In this document: piece by piece, positions 16,936 through 34,090 of the stretch
How positions within the stretch are numbered: the stretch's first letter is position 1
Layout: each line of letters opens with the position of its first letter
Origin: Octopus vulgaris
Taxonomy: Eukaryota
Assembly (NCBI GenBank): GCA_951406725.2
Contig: OX597829.1
Span: 57,846,001-57,910,000, forward strand
Reading direction: 5' to 3'
DNA: 64,000 nt
The notes under the pieces: model-generated
Database searches by the model: none
The model's input: the letters and a program-made list of their open reading frames with translations, nothing else
Told to the model about the DNA's origin: nothing
Made by a program: the position numbers and the translations under genes

Positions 16936-17982
16936 AGTGATATGAAGGTCAAAATGGAAAAGTGCTATGACCCAGTTTCGCTGGTTTGGTGCCGGACGGA
17001 CTGGAGAAACAAGTTATAAGCCTTTGTCTTGTCATCGGTAAGGGAAATTAATGAGGTTGGAAGGTACCGCTAACCCTTATCCGGTCAAGCAAAGTTTAAG
17101 AAAAAAATAAATCTACCACCCTTTAAAATGCGGAGAGCTGGGGGTTTGTGGGTCAGTTTGGCGTGAGAGTTTGGGCAGAGACAGTCAGTTGGCAACAGGG
17201 TAGTTGGCGTGAGGGTCGATCTAGAGTCGGTTGCGATGACGAGAAAGACAGGCACAGGGGATTGAGGACTTGTCAAGCGAAAGGAAGTGAGGGAGATTAC
17301 GGCGAGAAGGCTAGATTTTTGTAGTATGAACTGAAATTGTTGCAGACTCGGAACGTGCGGTAATGTTTATTTATGTTTTTTTGTTGTTGAATTTTAGATG
17401 TTGATGTGAAATGTAAAAGAAAAGAGAAAAGAACTTGTGAGTTGTGTTAAAGAAAACAGAAAGACTAACAAAAAGGAAAAAGAGCATTGTCAAAAGAACT
17501 GTAAAAAAAGAGAAGAAAAGAAAGGAAAGGAACATTGTGACATAAACTGTAATCTATTGAAATATAAAAAGAATCGTTAAAAAAGAAAGAGAAAGACTTT
17601 AATTTGGACTGTTTTCGAACTCTGTATTGTGTTGAACATTTGTTCTAATTGTTTTCGGACGTTGTGTTGTATTGTGCATGCATTGTTGTTTTTTTTCTTT
17701 TTTAACTCCGTACGATCTGTTGAATGTTTTTCTTTAAATGTATCTGATATGTATTACGTTTCGATTGATGTTGTAACAATTGTATAAACTGTTGTTAAAT
17801 GTAAGCATCTGCCTTCCGCTGTCTCTCTATTCCTGTTGTTGTTGTTGACTCCGGTTACTGGTTTGCGTTCGCTGCCATCTCCGCCACCGCTTTCTGTGGT
17901 AGATTTTCGATTTGACTGAGCGTGGTCGTCGTCGTCGCTCGACTTAGGGTCCCGAGTTCGAGTTGAGCGACGGCAGGTTCGT

Positions 17983-17990
<8 letters not shown>
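16936..17990. other. Unclassified 1.05-kb non-coding insertion in (TA)n, possibly a solo LTR
   Basis: Sharp TA-tract boundaries, right end ...GTAACAACA, no credible ORF. Confidence 0.3.
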
Positions 17991-18052
<62 letters not shown>

Positions 18053-18054
<2 letters not shown>

Positions 18055-18782
18055 ATAATAGTTATCGCCATACTAATATGGCATTCTTATAAAAATAAGA
18101 AAAGAGCTGTCCGCTTATTAGCTCCATGAGGCCATCGCCTTAAGTTAGCTATTTGATACACAAACTGTATCCATATAACCTTCGAACAAGGGAGGTCAGT
18201 CGCTCCACACTACTTGACCGGCAGCTACAGACGCGTTTCGGGGTATTGCCCCTTTTCAATGCAGCGTAGCCAGCCAGTAGGTGTCGCTTCCGACAATCTC
18301 TGTTCGATGGTTTTATTTACCTAGTTTCGGTGGAATACATCCACTTGTTTTCAATAATAGAAATATTAAAATAACTAAGTCTCTCTAAAAGAGAACAGCG
18401 GCAGCGTTCCCGGAAAATAATAGTTATCGCCATACTAATATGGCATTCTTATAAAAATAAGAAAAAAGCTGTCCGCTTATTAGCTCCATGAGGCCATCGC
18501 CTTAAGTTAGCTATTTGATACACAAACTGTATCCAATACCCCGAAACGCGTCTGTAGCTGCCGGTCAAGTAGTGTGGAGCGACTGACCTCCCTTGTTCGA
18601 AGGTTATATGGATACAGTTTGTGTATCAAATAGCTAACTTAAGGCGATGGCCTCATGGAGCTAATAAGCGGACAGCTTTTTTCTTATTTTTATAAGAATG
18701 CCATATTAGTATGGCGATAACTATTATTTTCCGGGAACGCTGCCGCTGTTCTCTTTTAGAGACTTAGTTATTTTAATATTTC

Positions 18783-18790
<8 letters not shown>
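18053..18790. mobile_element. 362-bp-period hammerhead element: partial tandem plus inverted copy, between (TA)n tracts
   Basis: GTTATCGCC.. recurs at 18061 and 18423. 18535-18790 is inverted. Confidence 0.9.
18224..18265 (-). ncRNA. Minimal type I hammerhead with U3-A8 core
   Basis: GCUGCA-UUGAAAA-GGGG-caaua-CCCC-GAAA-CGCG-UC-UGUAGC. Confidence 0.75.
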
Positions 18791-18825
<35 letters not shown>

Positions 18826-18903
18826 TTTTGCTACCCTGGTAACTATTTTTTTTCCGTGTTAATTGTTAAAAAGGTAAAAATACACTCATCTACTTGGCCT
18901 ATA

Positions 18904-18952
<49 letters not shown>

Positions 18953-19127
18953 TTAGGGAATAAATCCAAATTTACAGGGAAAAATCAGATTTATGATTGA
19001 ATCCAATTTTATAGTAAAATATTATATTATATTAAATTAGAGACAAAACCACTATTATGCAAATCAAACAAAGAAAGACTTAAGCCAATACATAAAATAA
19101 TTTATATAAATTAAATTTAATTAAAAT

Positions 19128-19181
19128 AACCACTACGATCGTTTCGTGTCAGCACTTCTATAAGACATTCTTCAGGTGGTT
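19128..19181 (-). ncRNA. Type I hammerhead (inverted copy)
   Basis: Mirror of 19224-19277. Confidence 0.75.
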
Positions 19182-19223
19182 TCAAAACCTTCTTTGCATT
19201 AAAACTTGCAAAGAAGGTTTTGA

Positions 19224-19277
19224 AACCACCTGAAGAATGTCTCATAGAAGTGCTGACACGAAACGATCGTAGTGGTT
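19224..19277 (+). ncRNA. Type I hammerhead ribozyme
   Basis: AACCAC-CUGAAGA-aUGUC..GACAc-GAAA-CGAUCG-UA-GUGGUU, with an A-C mismatch at the base of stem II. Confidence 0.78.
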
Positions 19278-19369
19278 ATTTTAATTAAATTTAATTTATA
19301 TAAATTATTTTATGTATTGGCTTAAGTCTTTCTTTGTTTGATTTGCATAATAGTGGTTTTGTCTCTAAT

Positions 19370-19438
<69 letters not shown>

Positions 19439-19519
19439 CATATACATATATATATATACACACACACACACACATACACACACACATACACACACACACG
19501 CACACACACACACACATAT

Positions 19520-19688
19520 ATAGGTGCAGGAGTGGGTGTGTGGTAAGTAACTTGCTTACCAAGCACATAGTTCCAGGTTCAGTCCCACTGCGTGGCACCT
19601 TTGGCAAGTGTCTTCTACTATAGCCTCGGGCCGACCAAAGCCTTGTGAGTGGATTTGGTAGACGGAAACTGAAAGAAGCCCGTCGTGC
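19520..19688 (+). mobile_element. SINE-A 5' half
   Basis: tRNA head and CORE-like segment. Confidence 0.85.
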
Positions 19689-19712
19689 ATATATATATAT
19701 ATTAATAATATA

Positions 19713-20219
19713 ATTGTGCTCATGACTTAGTGTTCACTTCTTTCATGGGTATAAGTAAGTATTTCACTTGTTTCTTTGCCGCATTTATCACTGATGAAGT
19801 GAAGGTTCTTATGAACCAACTCTGAAATCGGGACCGATATGATAATAACGGAATTTTCTAGAAATTTCTGTCGGCTTTCTTCGAAACGCGTGCTTGTAGT
19901 GATAAATTATGTGGTTATTGACGTTATGTCTATTTTCGGCATATTTTGGCATTAGAAATTTTTTCTTTTGCCCTTTCTTATAAATTGTTTATAAATTTAA
20001 CCTTAAAAGGTATTTTTTAATATGCTGGCCATTGATAGAATTTTTTTCGAAAAATGTTATCCTACATTAGATATTAATTTAATAGTGTTCACTTCCGGAC
20101 TCTCTCACTTTACGAGAGTTTTTTTAGTTCGAATCGCATGTGTCTCAAGATGGGCTAGAGAGTTTCTATTTTGGATATATTCGGGGTACTTGATTGTGCT
20201 CATGACTTAGTGTTCACTT
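19713..20219 (+). mobile_element. 480-bp hammerhead monomer with 27-bp terminal redundancy
   Basis: ATTGTGCTCATGACTTAGTGTTCACTT at 19713 and 20193. Homologous to 36444-36779 plus 38450-38757. Confidence 0.8.
19785..19845 (+). ncRNA. Type I hammerhead ribozyme
   Basis: UUAUCA-CUGAUGA-AGUG aa GGUUC uuau GAACC aa CUCU-GAAA-UCGG ga CCGA-UA-UGAUAA. Confidence 0.8.
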
Positions 20220-20236
20220 ACTTATAAATATATTAT

Positions 20237-20293
<57 letters not shown>

Positions 20294-20304
20294 GTAGAAA
20301 TATA

Positions 20305-20335
<31 letters not shown>

Positions 20336-20513
20336 CTAATCAGTGTTGGTGTGCTAATGTCCGGGTAACTTAGCGGTTCTCCAAAGAGGAATCGATAGAA
20401 TAAATACCAGATTTTCAAAAAAAAAGACCTGCTGTCGATTTATTCAACTAAAAACCCTTCAAGGCGGTGCCTCAGCATGGCCGCAGTCGAATGACTGCAA
20501 TAAGTAAAAGAAC

Positions 20514-23852
<3,339 letters not shown>

Positions 23853-26800
23853 TATTTATTGGCCACACAGGTCTAGTCACAGAGGGGACAATTTCAATGT
23901 AGAGTTTTTTCTTTTCGAGGGGGGCGAAAACAAAGGGAAAAAATAGGTACAACGATCAAAAGGGATCGAAATCGTTGGGGATGTATGCAAAAAAATGTGG
24001 AAATAGTACAAAAAGTTCCCAAGAAATGGGGAGGTTTATCTGTGGAAAGAAAAACCTACGAAAAGACCACAGTAACCTCGGGCAATTACGTCACATATTA
24101 ACAAATTTATTTACAAATAAGTAACTCTCTTTTAAATTTTTACGGTTCATAGGATCATGCTCAAGGTGGCTTCATCATTCATAGGTGCCATCCTTGCTAT
24201 ATTTACCCATCTTTTTTTTAAACAGTCGCTAGACAAAACTTGCCTCTCTACTCTCACTTTCCTCTTCAAGTGATACTTGAAAAAGTTGATGAGAGATTGA
24301 CCAGAGAGGAAAGTGTTTGTCTCCAATCCTTTCAGGCGCGTCTACAAGATACATTCTTTCGCCATAGCCACAAGTATTATGAAAATAGCTCTTCCTTCCT
24401 GTTTGAAGGAAGGAGGTGTGACAATATTGACGATAGACTCAGCTGATAAACCGACTCGTTCCACACGTGACAGCAGTCGTTCGACATAAGCCCACAAGTC
24501 GGAAATGGTTGGACAATGCACGAGTGCGTGCAGAACGGTTTCGTCGCTCTGACCGCATCTCGGGCAGGTCGACCCCGTGTTTCTCGAACAATGTCTATAG
24601 CGCTTCTCGATAGCACTGCCAGGCCAGGGATCTCTGGAAATTGTCCATACGTCCCGGCCCGAAAGTCGTTTTGAACAGGCGGTCAGGTATTCTTCATCGA
24701 CGCCCAGGTATGCCCCGAGATCGTTATCCCCTATAAAATGCTTTCGTGGTGATGCAGTCGCTCAAGTTCGATCCAGAACGGCAAATTTGCTGAAGAGCAA
24801 CGTGACACTCGCGGTGCCATTCGCTCTTCCTCGGCCTCTTTTTGATCCACGATTGCAGCTCGGTCATGGACACGAGTTGCGGGAAAGCGCGCCGCACAAA
24901 CGGTGACCACACCTGCTCACGGTCGTCTATGAAGCACCGGAGATGTCGCAGTCTCAGCGCGATTCTGCGCATCATCATGCCCACAGCATGCCCAGCCCTC
25001 CTTTCAACGGGTGTTGACAGCAAAAGAATCGCCTGACCATCGGAACATTTCCTTTCCACAAGAAGCGGAAGAGAATGCGCTCCAGTTTGGTGACGGTGGG
25101 GTCGGGACAAGGCACGACCGTCAGGCGGTAATTGACGACGGACCCGATGCATGCGTTCGCCACCTCCGCACGACCTTTTAGGGATAGCTTCCTCTCGGCC
25201 CATTTCTTGCAGAGAGTGGCCACCCTACTCGTTATCTCGTCCCAGTTCTTTTCCGTTTGCAGGTCTGGACCGAACCAGACCCCGAGCAAATTGACCGGCC
25301 CGTCCGTCCAGCGTCCCACTACTGAGACGATGGTGGACGGCATGGGCTTGCTTCTCCAGGTGCCCAGCCGCAAGCCCACTGACTTTTCTCGGTTGATTTT
25401 CGCTCCCGTCACCGCTTCGTAGTCTTTCAGTGTCTCGCCGACCCGCTCGATGTGCTCGTGGCTAGACACTATGATGGTGACGTCATCCGCGTATGCGGAC
25501 ACGCTCGTCCCGCACCCCAGTTCTCGCGGGATGCCCCTCAGAGTCGCCAGCTTCCGCAGTAGTGACTCGAGAGTCAACATGTACAGAAGTTACGAGAGGG
25601 GGCATCCCTGACGGACCGAACGTGCAATGTCGAAAGGTCTCGATAGATGTCCATTCATGCGAATTACCGAACGGATGCCTCTGTACAAGGCAGCTATCCA
25701 ACCGCGGAAGACGAGACCGAAACCAGCCGCTTTAAGGACAGCCGCCAAGTATCGATGGTCTACCCTATCGAAGGCTTTCGATTGATCCAAGTTGATCAGG
25801 GCCCCACCCATGCCAGGTTCCTTAACTACTCTGTCTATGATGTAGTGCATCAGATGGAGGTTGCCATGGATGCTCCGGCCCGGCACGGCGCACATTTGTG
25901 CGTTGTCGACCAGTTTCTCGATGACAAGCGCCAACCTCTTGGCTAACACCTTGGTCAAAATTTTCAGGTCTGCATTGAGCAGAGTGATAGGTCTAAAGTT
26001 ATCTATAATGTTCCCCTTGTTTGGATCTTTCTTCAGCGGCGTTACGGCTCCTCGACTCACAAAACCGGGTATGCTCCCGTTTTGCTGCCAGTTGCAGTAT
26101 ACCGCTGCCAAGACGTCTCCAAACAAGTCTGGCATACAATTGTAAAGCTCGTAGAGCAGACCATCCAAACCCGACGATTTGTCCCTCGAGTATCCTGCCA
26201 TCGCGTCCCTCACTTCCGCCGCCGTGATGGCACCTTCGCAACACTCCGCCGAGAGTGGTGGTAGGCTGTGCAGGTAGTCACTGCAGTCCAACCTGCGTTC
26301 TCGCTCGCCACTCGTCTCGAACAGTTGGGCAAAATGTCGCTAAAACGCCTCGCACATCTTGCTGGGCTCGAGCAATTCGCTCCCCTGTTCATCTACCAGA
26401 GACCGAATGGTGGCTTTGTTGCCCTGTTGCGCCTCCGCCATCCGGGCCTCTCGCGCGGCTCCAACACGCATCCTAGCCCTGACAACACACCCTTCGTGTT
26501 TGGCGTTGAATGTTGGTCGAGGGCCAACCTCGCCGCCAAAACGTCGGATATGATGCCGCTTCTTATTGCCTCTTCTTAATTAGCTCACCCTCTACTCTGT
26601 TTCTATCTATGGCTAGTGCCTTGCTATACCTAATGGCTTCTGCTTTTACTGCTCTCTTGAGGGCAAACCACTATTTGTTGCTGACGATGGTTCCCGTCAA
26701 AGCCCTCTTTACTAGTGTGCTAATTCGGTTTCTGAAAACCTGTCTCGACGGGAAAGACGCGTTCAGTTTCCAGTAACCGGGACCCTGCCTATGTACCTTA

Positions 26801-28526
26801 TCTAAGTCTAGCGTACACGTCATAAGTTTGTGATCTATGTAGCTGACTATGTGGAATTGTGGACATCCTAAGCTATCCCTATCTGCTATCCTGCATAGTA
26901 TCCTATCTAGATACGATCTCGACGACCCAATGCGGTTGCTCCATGTCCACATTGACGCATTTGTATGGTCGAGTCGGTACCTGTCAGACAGTTGAAAGCA
27001 TCTGAGCAGTTATAACAAAAAGTTAGTGAAATATTTTAAATGTTTACAGTTGGATAGATAGATAAATATAACAAAATAATTTGATAAAAATGTGAATTTT
27101 TAATTATTTTCTGAGATTTTACAAAAACAACAAAAATATTTTTTTACATTTACATTTACATCCCGTCTATTTTCGTCTCTTCCCATGTAGTCTAGATGCG
27201 TGTCCAAGGTAGCATTCCAATCCCCCACTAAAATTAAAGGACGAGACGTTCCCAAGAATAATTCTAGACGTCGAAAGAAATCCGGCCGACCTGTTAAAGG
27301 CGGTGCATAGACTGCTAGGAGTCGAAAAGCGCACCCATCACTGCCGTCGACATCCAGGTCAACCAGTCTACCCTCCGGGTCTACGAATATTGTCTTGACT
27401 TCGAGATCCAGACTCTTGCGAAAAAGTACCACCGTGCCACTACCGCCCATCCTCGGCAGACAAGGAGGAAGATAAATGCTAAACAGTCCGCCAAACATGA
27501 ACTTTAGGGCTCGTGGTTCATGGAGTCTGGTCTCACTTATGGCTATGATTCCCAAGTCATGTGACTTGATGTCATTTAAGTGGTACCCTTGTTTCCAAGG
27601 GGATCCCAATCCACGCGCATTCACACAACCAATCTTGACCATGATCCTATTGAGTTATGTGCTTTAAAACACAAACGAAAGGAACAGAGAGTTATTTACC
27701 GTTCGAAAGCTTTGTCTCCTTTTATTTTTCATCAAGGAAATTGTCATAGAGGTTCTTTTTTTTTTTTTTTTGACAAATATTTGTGACATCCTCCGACCGC
27801 ATTGGGGTAGAGGGACTTTAGGGTATGGTGCAATGTTGGTGAAATGCGGTAAATTTTTATGTGTTCTGGTGGTGTTGTGTATGGATGGTTGTTCGTTTTA
27901 ATGTCGTTTTCTGTAATATTTGTGTTTGTGTTGATGTATTTCATCAACTCTGTGTTTTTGGTGTCTATTGTTGTGAACAAGTTTTTTAGTGTGTTTTTAT
28001 GGTGGTGGTGGTGGTGGTGGTGGTGGCGGTTGTGGTGGTGATGTTGGTGGCAGAGGTGTCCGTTGTGGTAGTTGACTGTGAAGCTGTCGTGTTGGTGTTT
28101 TCAATTTCTTGTGTCGATGGCTTCGCGACTTTATCGCACTTGTTTTCGGTGGCGGTGGTGGCGTTAGCGTTCATGCTGCACCTACTTGTGTGTTACCTCT
28201 CCCCTTCTTCCCTCCTTCATGAAGCTGTGGTGAAGGCAGTGTAAGGAAATCAACGTCGAATGAGTTGACAAGGAGACCGGCGTTCTTTTCAACACCGTGT
28301 TCATGGCTTGAAGACGCCATCTTCAAAATAAAAATGGCTAAAAAAGTCGAAAACAGATACACAAAAACGGGAAGACCGCAACACAGGGCAGGTTTCCCGG
28401 GCAAACATTTTGTACAACCGAATGTATTAGTTGTTGCACAACTTTTACATACAAAATATTTTTCAATAACAACTTTTAAACGCAAAAAAGGCAAACTTAC
28501 ACGGAGTCGATGTGACTGACGTCCAT
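23853..28526 (-). mobile_element. Tx1-clade LINE copy 2: decayed ORF2 (APE + RT), deleted ORF1, 5' end in (GATA)n
   Basis: APE MVKIGCVNARGL..ISETR..VYAP..GDWNA from 27642, RT motifs, multiple frameshifts, AT-rich insertion at 27010-27160. Confidence 0.92.
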
Positions 28527-28664
<138 letters not shown>

Positions 28665-29017
28665 ATTTGCCGTTCTTCAGCATTTTATATACAGAAATTG
28701 TTATGTCCGGTTACTCAGGAAATACTGTCTTTGAGGGTAACATCCCGTGATGCTGACTGACATTTGGAGAAGAAAACGTGTATGAAATATTATTAAAAGC
28801 GTAGAAATTCTTATCTCAGACGTTGCGAGGTCGATTTTACCTTTTGTCCTTTCGGGGTCGATGGCCTTTGTGTCAAAATTTGAAAGCAACATTATTATTA
28901 AGGCGGTGAGCTAGCGAAATGATTAGCATGCCGTCGCCATATACATACGTATGTGTGTGTGTATGTGTGTGTGAGTGTGTATGTGCGCGCGCACACACAC
29001 ACATACGTATATATACA

Positions 29018-29179
29018 TAGGTGCAGGAGTGGCTGTGTGGTAAGTAGCTCGCTTACCAACCACATGGTTCCATGTTCAGTCCCACTGTGTGACACCTTGG
29101 GCAAGTGTCTTCTACTATAGCCTCGAGCCGACCAAAGCCTTATGAGTGGATTTAGTAGACGGAAACTGAAACAAACCCG

Positions 29180-29222
<43 letters not shown>

Positions 29223-29355
29223 TGTGTCTGTGTTTGTTCCCCGAGTGACAACCGATGCTGGTGTGTTTATGTCCCTGTAACTTAGCGGTTCGGCAAAAGA
29301 AACCGATAGAATATGTACTAGGCTTACAAAGAATAAGTCCTGCAGTCGATTTGCT
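29018..29355 (+). mobile_element. SINE-A
   Basis: Family alignment. Confidence 0.85.
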
Positions 29356-29467
29356 CAAACTCACAACCTCATGATTGTTAGCCCAACGCTCTAACCATTG
29401 AGCCATGTGCTTTCACAATATCCGCTAGCGAATATAATGTCCAGCCCCAAATACCCTCAATGCAGGA

Positions 29468-29644
29468 GGCGTAGGAGTGGCTGAGTGGTAAGTAGCTTGC
29501 TTACCAACCACATGGTTCCGGGTTCAGTCCCACTGCGTGGCATCTTGGGCAAGTGTCTTCTACTATAGCCTCGGGCCGACCAAAGCCTTTTGAGTGGATT
29601 TGGTAGACGGAAACTGAAAGAAGCCCGTCGTATATATGTATATA

Positions 29645-29715
<71 letters not shown>

Positions 29716-29840
29716 GTTTCTGCGTCTGTGTTTGTACCCCCACCAAAGAATAAGTCCTGGTGTCGATTTGCTCGACTAAAGGCGGTGCTCCAACATGGCC
29801 ACAGTCAAATGACTGAAACAAGCAAAAGAGTAGAAAGAGA
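29468..29840 (+). mobile_element. SINE-A, internally deleted
   Basis: Family alignment. Confidence 0.85.
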
Positions 29841-30149
29841 GTGACCGTTGCGCACACCCTTAAATAGTTACACGAAACACTTGAGTAGATACGAAGTGTT
29901 ATAAACAATGTGACCTAAATTGCTACGTTTTAGAAAAGCGGAACAGGGAAAGCCCTCTTTAAGAAAATATTTGGCCTAAATCTTCAGAGAGGAAGCACTT
30001 GAGGTAAAAATATTTGCTTACATAAGCAAGGTCGTTTGGAGGTGGCGGTAAAGTTTTAAGTGTTAAATATGTCGCCGTTTCCGGTTTCAGTCTTAGGCGA
30101 GCGTTCAGAATGAGGACGTTCGCTTGTGTATGTGTGTGTAAGCACATTT

Positions 30150-30514
30150 TACTCTTTACTCTTTTACTTGTTTCAGTCCTTTGACTGTGGCCATGCTGGA
30201 GCACCGCCTTTAGTCGAGCAAATCAACCCCAGGGCTTATCCTTTGTAAGCCTAGTACTTATTCTATCGGTATCTTTTGCCGAACCGCTAATTTACGGGGA
30301 CATAAACACACCAGCATCTGTTGTCAAGCGATGTTGCGGGGACAAAGACAGATACACATATACACACACATGCATACATATATACATATATATACGTCTA
30401 CCAAATCCATTCACAAGGCTTTGGTCAGCCCGAGGCTATAGTAGAAGACACTTGACCAAGGTGCCACGCAGTGGGACTGAACCCTGAACCATGTGGTTGG
30501 TAAGCAAGCTACTT
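30150..30514 (-). mobile_element. SINE-A, split in its tRNA head by an insertion
   Basis: Family alignment stops at GGTAAGCAAGCTACTT. Confidence 0.88.
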
Positions 30515-32936
30515 TTATTCATAAAATTGGCCATGAAAGCCGTACACAGATGAGTAGCTGCGGGCTGAACAAAAACATTAAGGAGATGAGGATGATAATG
30601 ATGAACAAAAATGGGAGGGGAACCGGCCCCCGCCGACCGATAACCTCTCGAAATCATTGTTCTTTTATTCAATTTTACACAAAAAAATCACAATAATTAC
30701 AAAATTTTTTTTAATCTTCCTCTTTCTCATCCGAGCCCCCGCATAAGTTCCCTGCCGCCTGCAGGAAAGCCTGCATCGGCAGGTCGGAGTCCGGAAGAAA
30801 AGCAAATTCTTCTTTTCCAGTGGTCACCAAAACCTCAAAAAGTTCTTTTTGTGTTATGACCTCCGCAGCCACCTGTGGAGGCCAACTTGGACAGTCAATG
30901 CAGACCGAGTGGTAACGTTGTCGGTCGAGAAGCCTGTTCAAGAATCCCTCGACAGCCCCTCCCTTGGGATAGAAAATTACGGGTTCTACCTCTTCCTCGC
31001 GGGGAGGGGCCTCAGCCTTCTCTGTCAGTGGCACAATTTCCACTGACGGAGTCTTTTCTGCCGGTGGCACACATCCCACCTGCAGATCATTGGGATCTGT
31101 CGGCGGCACATCAACCTCCGCCGACCGTATCCCATTTTTTTCTTTTTCTTCTTTTGTTTCTCTTCTTTGGGCTTGCGGTAGTCAGAGCCTCTATCGGCTT
31201 ATCCGTGTGGTTTGCTTCCTCTCTCGCAACCTGTATGTCTTTTGGTGAGCAACCATTGTCACTCACCTTTCTTTTCCTTTTCTGGGAGGCAACCGCCTCC
31301 ACTACTTCCTCCGTTTCCCCCTCCAATTGGATGGGGACGGAGGGCACTTTTTCTTTTTTTTTCTCTGCGCCAGGGCCTTACCTCGGCCCTGGGGGCAGTT
31401 CTTTTCGATGTGACCTGGTTCCAGGCACAAGTGACACTTGGTGGGGGGGGTCGACCCTCAAGAATCACTGGATACCTGGCCCCGGCCATTACCAAGAAAT
31501 CAGGGAATACTAGGCCTCCGGCCGACTGGGTCCAAAGGGTCATAACTGCTTTTGACACTGTCCAATCGGTCGCTGACTCCACCCTGACACTGAGGAGCTT
31601 GGTTCCGCTCCCGCCAAGACCTCTACGAATGGTCTGTTCTATCCATTCAGACCGAATTCAGGGCGGCAGTCAACATACCCAAGCCCGCGTTATTTTCTTT
31701 CCACAATATGTGGGAAGGAACAACATCTCATCCCCTTCTAGGGGTTGAATTGCCGCAGTGCAAGCTATCTCAGGGGTGTCAAATACCAACCACAACGTTG
31801 CATACTTGACACCCCTGGACACAAAGTAATTTTTTGCTGGCAAACATTTTGCCAGCTCTTTATCAATGATACTCTTGTCGAAGGGGGCGATGGCGTCACG
31901 CGACCTAGAATAGGTTCGTTGTACCATCGTCCTCCTCTCAAGGTTTTCAAGTCACTGCTTGGGTGGGACAATCTCCCACTCCGAAGCGGTGGCCTTATTT
32001 TCCTTCATATTAAAATGTCCACATGAAATAAACAACAAACAAAAATTCTAAATACTGGAAAAATAGAGAAAACTGTTCAATAAAGGGGGAAGAAATGAAA
32101 AATTGTTCAATCTTCGGGGGCAAAGACACTCCCCCACCAAACAGCAGTTCTCACAATTATTTTTTAATCTCTTCTTCAAATGCATAGTTTTCGAAACCTC
32201 TTAGTTGGTTTGAGAACAACAATAATTCTTCTTCAATTTTTCTCCACTGTAGAAAAACAACAATTTACATCAAAAAATTCCGGTTTGCTTCTCGGGATGT
32301 TCAAACAAGTTCACCGGCAACAAGCCACACACACTTTGCTTGCAAAACAAGCAACAAATTCACCGCCAAGAGTAAGCGAAAATGTCCCCAGAGCAGGGCA
32401 GAATATACTGTAATAAAAATAAGATAATAATTCTGCCCAACTCCGAAAAAACAAAATCGCTCACCCTGACGTCAACCAGCTATACGTCTTCAATAAAGGC
32501 TGAAGAAAAATTGTTCAATCTTCGGAGGCAAAGACACTCCCCCACACAGTAGTTCTCACAATTATTTTTAAAATCTTCAAAAATGAACAAATTTTTAGTG
32601 GGCACGATACTCCTCCAAGCAACAATTCTCATAATTAAGTGAGAAAAATAGTCACTCAACATAAACCGCTAACTAGGAAGACGAACGCCCCCAAACAAAA
32701 GTTCTCACAATTAAGCGAGAAAAAATATTCGCTCCATTCAGGCAGAACCAGAATTCTGAATCCAGTAGGACTTCCTGCCTGTACAAAAAATTCTCAACAA
32801 AAATTCCCACTGGACCCAAAAAAACAGAATCTTACCTTACAATGGAGCTTCAAATTTTTTCAATTCGAGACGGCTTCAAAAGCATGTCTCACCGTTTCAG
32901 TGCCAAACACAACACTGACTCGCACATGCGCAATGA
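30515..32936 (-). mobile_element. ORF1-only Tx1-type non-autonomous retroelement E1, with 16-bp TSD
   Basis: Frameshifted ORF1 (RTYSR..RGVKYATLWLVFDTPE..FLPTYCGKKITRAWVC, decayed Zn knuckle), no ORF2. TSD at 30499-30514 and 32937-32952. Confidence 0.82.
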
Positions 32937-33154
32937 GGTAAGCAAGCTACTTTATTTTATTAAATTTGCCATAAAGGCAATACACAGAGGGGACACTGCA
33001 ACACATGTGGGGACATATAACAACTAAAAGATAAAATATGATATAATGAATGCACATGAAGAACAAATTAAAATATGAAAATATGAATGATATCTGAAAA
33101 TGATATTATGAAGAGTGCGCTTCCCTTGTGTTTAAATGTACACAATTGTATATT

Positions 33155-33216
<62 letters not shown>

Positions 33217-33375
33217 GCGCGTGTATACACACACATATATATATATATATATATACATATGTATACACACACAGAGATATATCTGTATTTATACCTATTT
33301 CTATCTATCTATACACACGTACACACACAAACACACACACACACATACATATATGTATATATATACATACATACA

Positions 33376-33460
<85 letters not shown>

Positions 33461-33660
33461 GTAAAATATGAAAAATCAACGAAAACGCATATTGCAAATA
33501 GAAAAAGGCTATTTATGACAGGTAGTGACAAATATATACATTTAGATTGACTGAGGTAGTAATACGAGTCATAAAAGTCATTATTATGAGATGATTATAA
33601 GATGATAATAAAGTAAGAGAATAAAACGAACCAGTAGTTTACGCAACGCTATTCATCGTT

Positions 33661-33705
<45 letters not shown>

Positions 33706-33706
33706 C

Positions 33707-33990
33707 GAGGGTGAGTCAAAAAGTAATGCCATTTGGTTTAGGACAGGTGTAATTGCCAACACAGGAACAAGTATCATACATCAAAATGAAGCTGGTCCTC
33801 TGTGGATCACATCCCTACTTCTCAATATAGTCACCGTTTCTCTCAATAGCAATGTTCAACCTTCGAATGCGAGCATGTATCCCTGCCTGGTAAAATTCCG
33901 TTGATTGTTCTTTGATCCACTTCTTCGCTACAGTTTTCGCTTTCTCGTCATTGGAATAATTTAGTGCCTTCAGACTATCATCTCTTTGGC
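33707..33990 (-). mobile_element. Mariner terminal fragment (TIR and transposase C-terminus)
   Basis: TA-CGAGGGTGAGTCAAAAAGT mariner-type TIR. Minus strand ends IERNGDYIEK*. Confidence 0.75.
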
Positions 33991-34005
33991 CCCTCGAAGC
34001 CCGTC

Positions 34006-34085
<80 letters not shown>

Positions 34086-34090
34086 ATATA

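Larger units (their letters stand above)
18950..19380. mobile_element. Fold-back hammerhead element (about 170-bp arms, 8-nt loop)
   Basis: 19030-19198 is inverted at 19207-19380. Related to 38875-39200. Confidence 0.88.

Noticed and set aside
29468-29540. tRNA-like sequence
   Set aside because: It is a SINE head continuing into the CORE-like body, not a cloverleaf tRNA gene.
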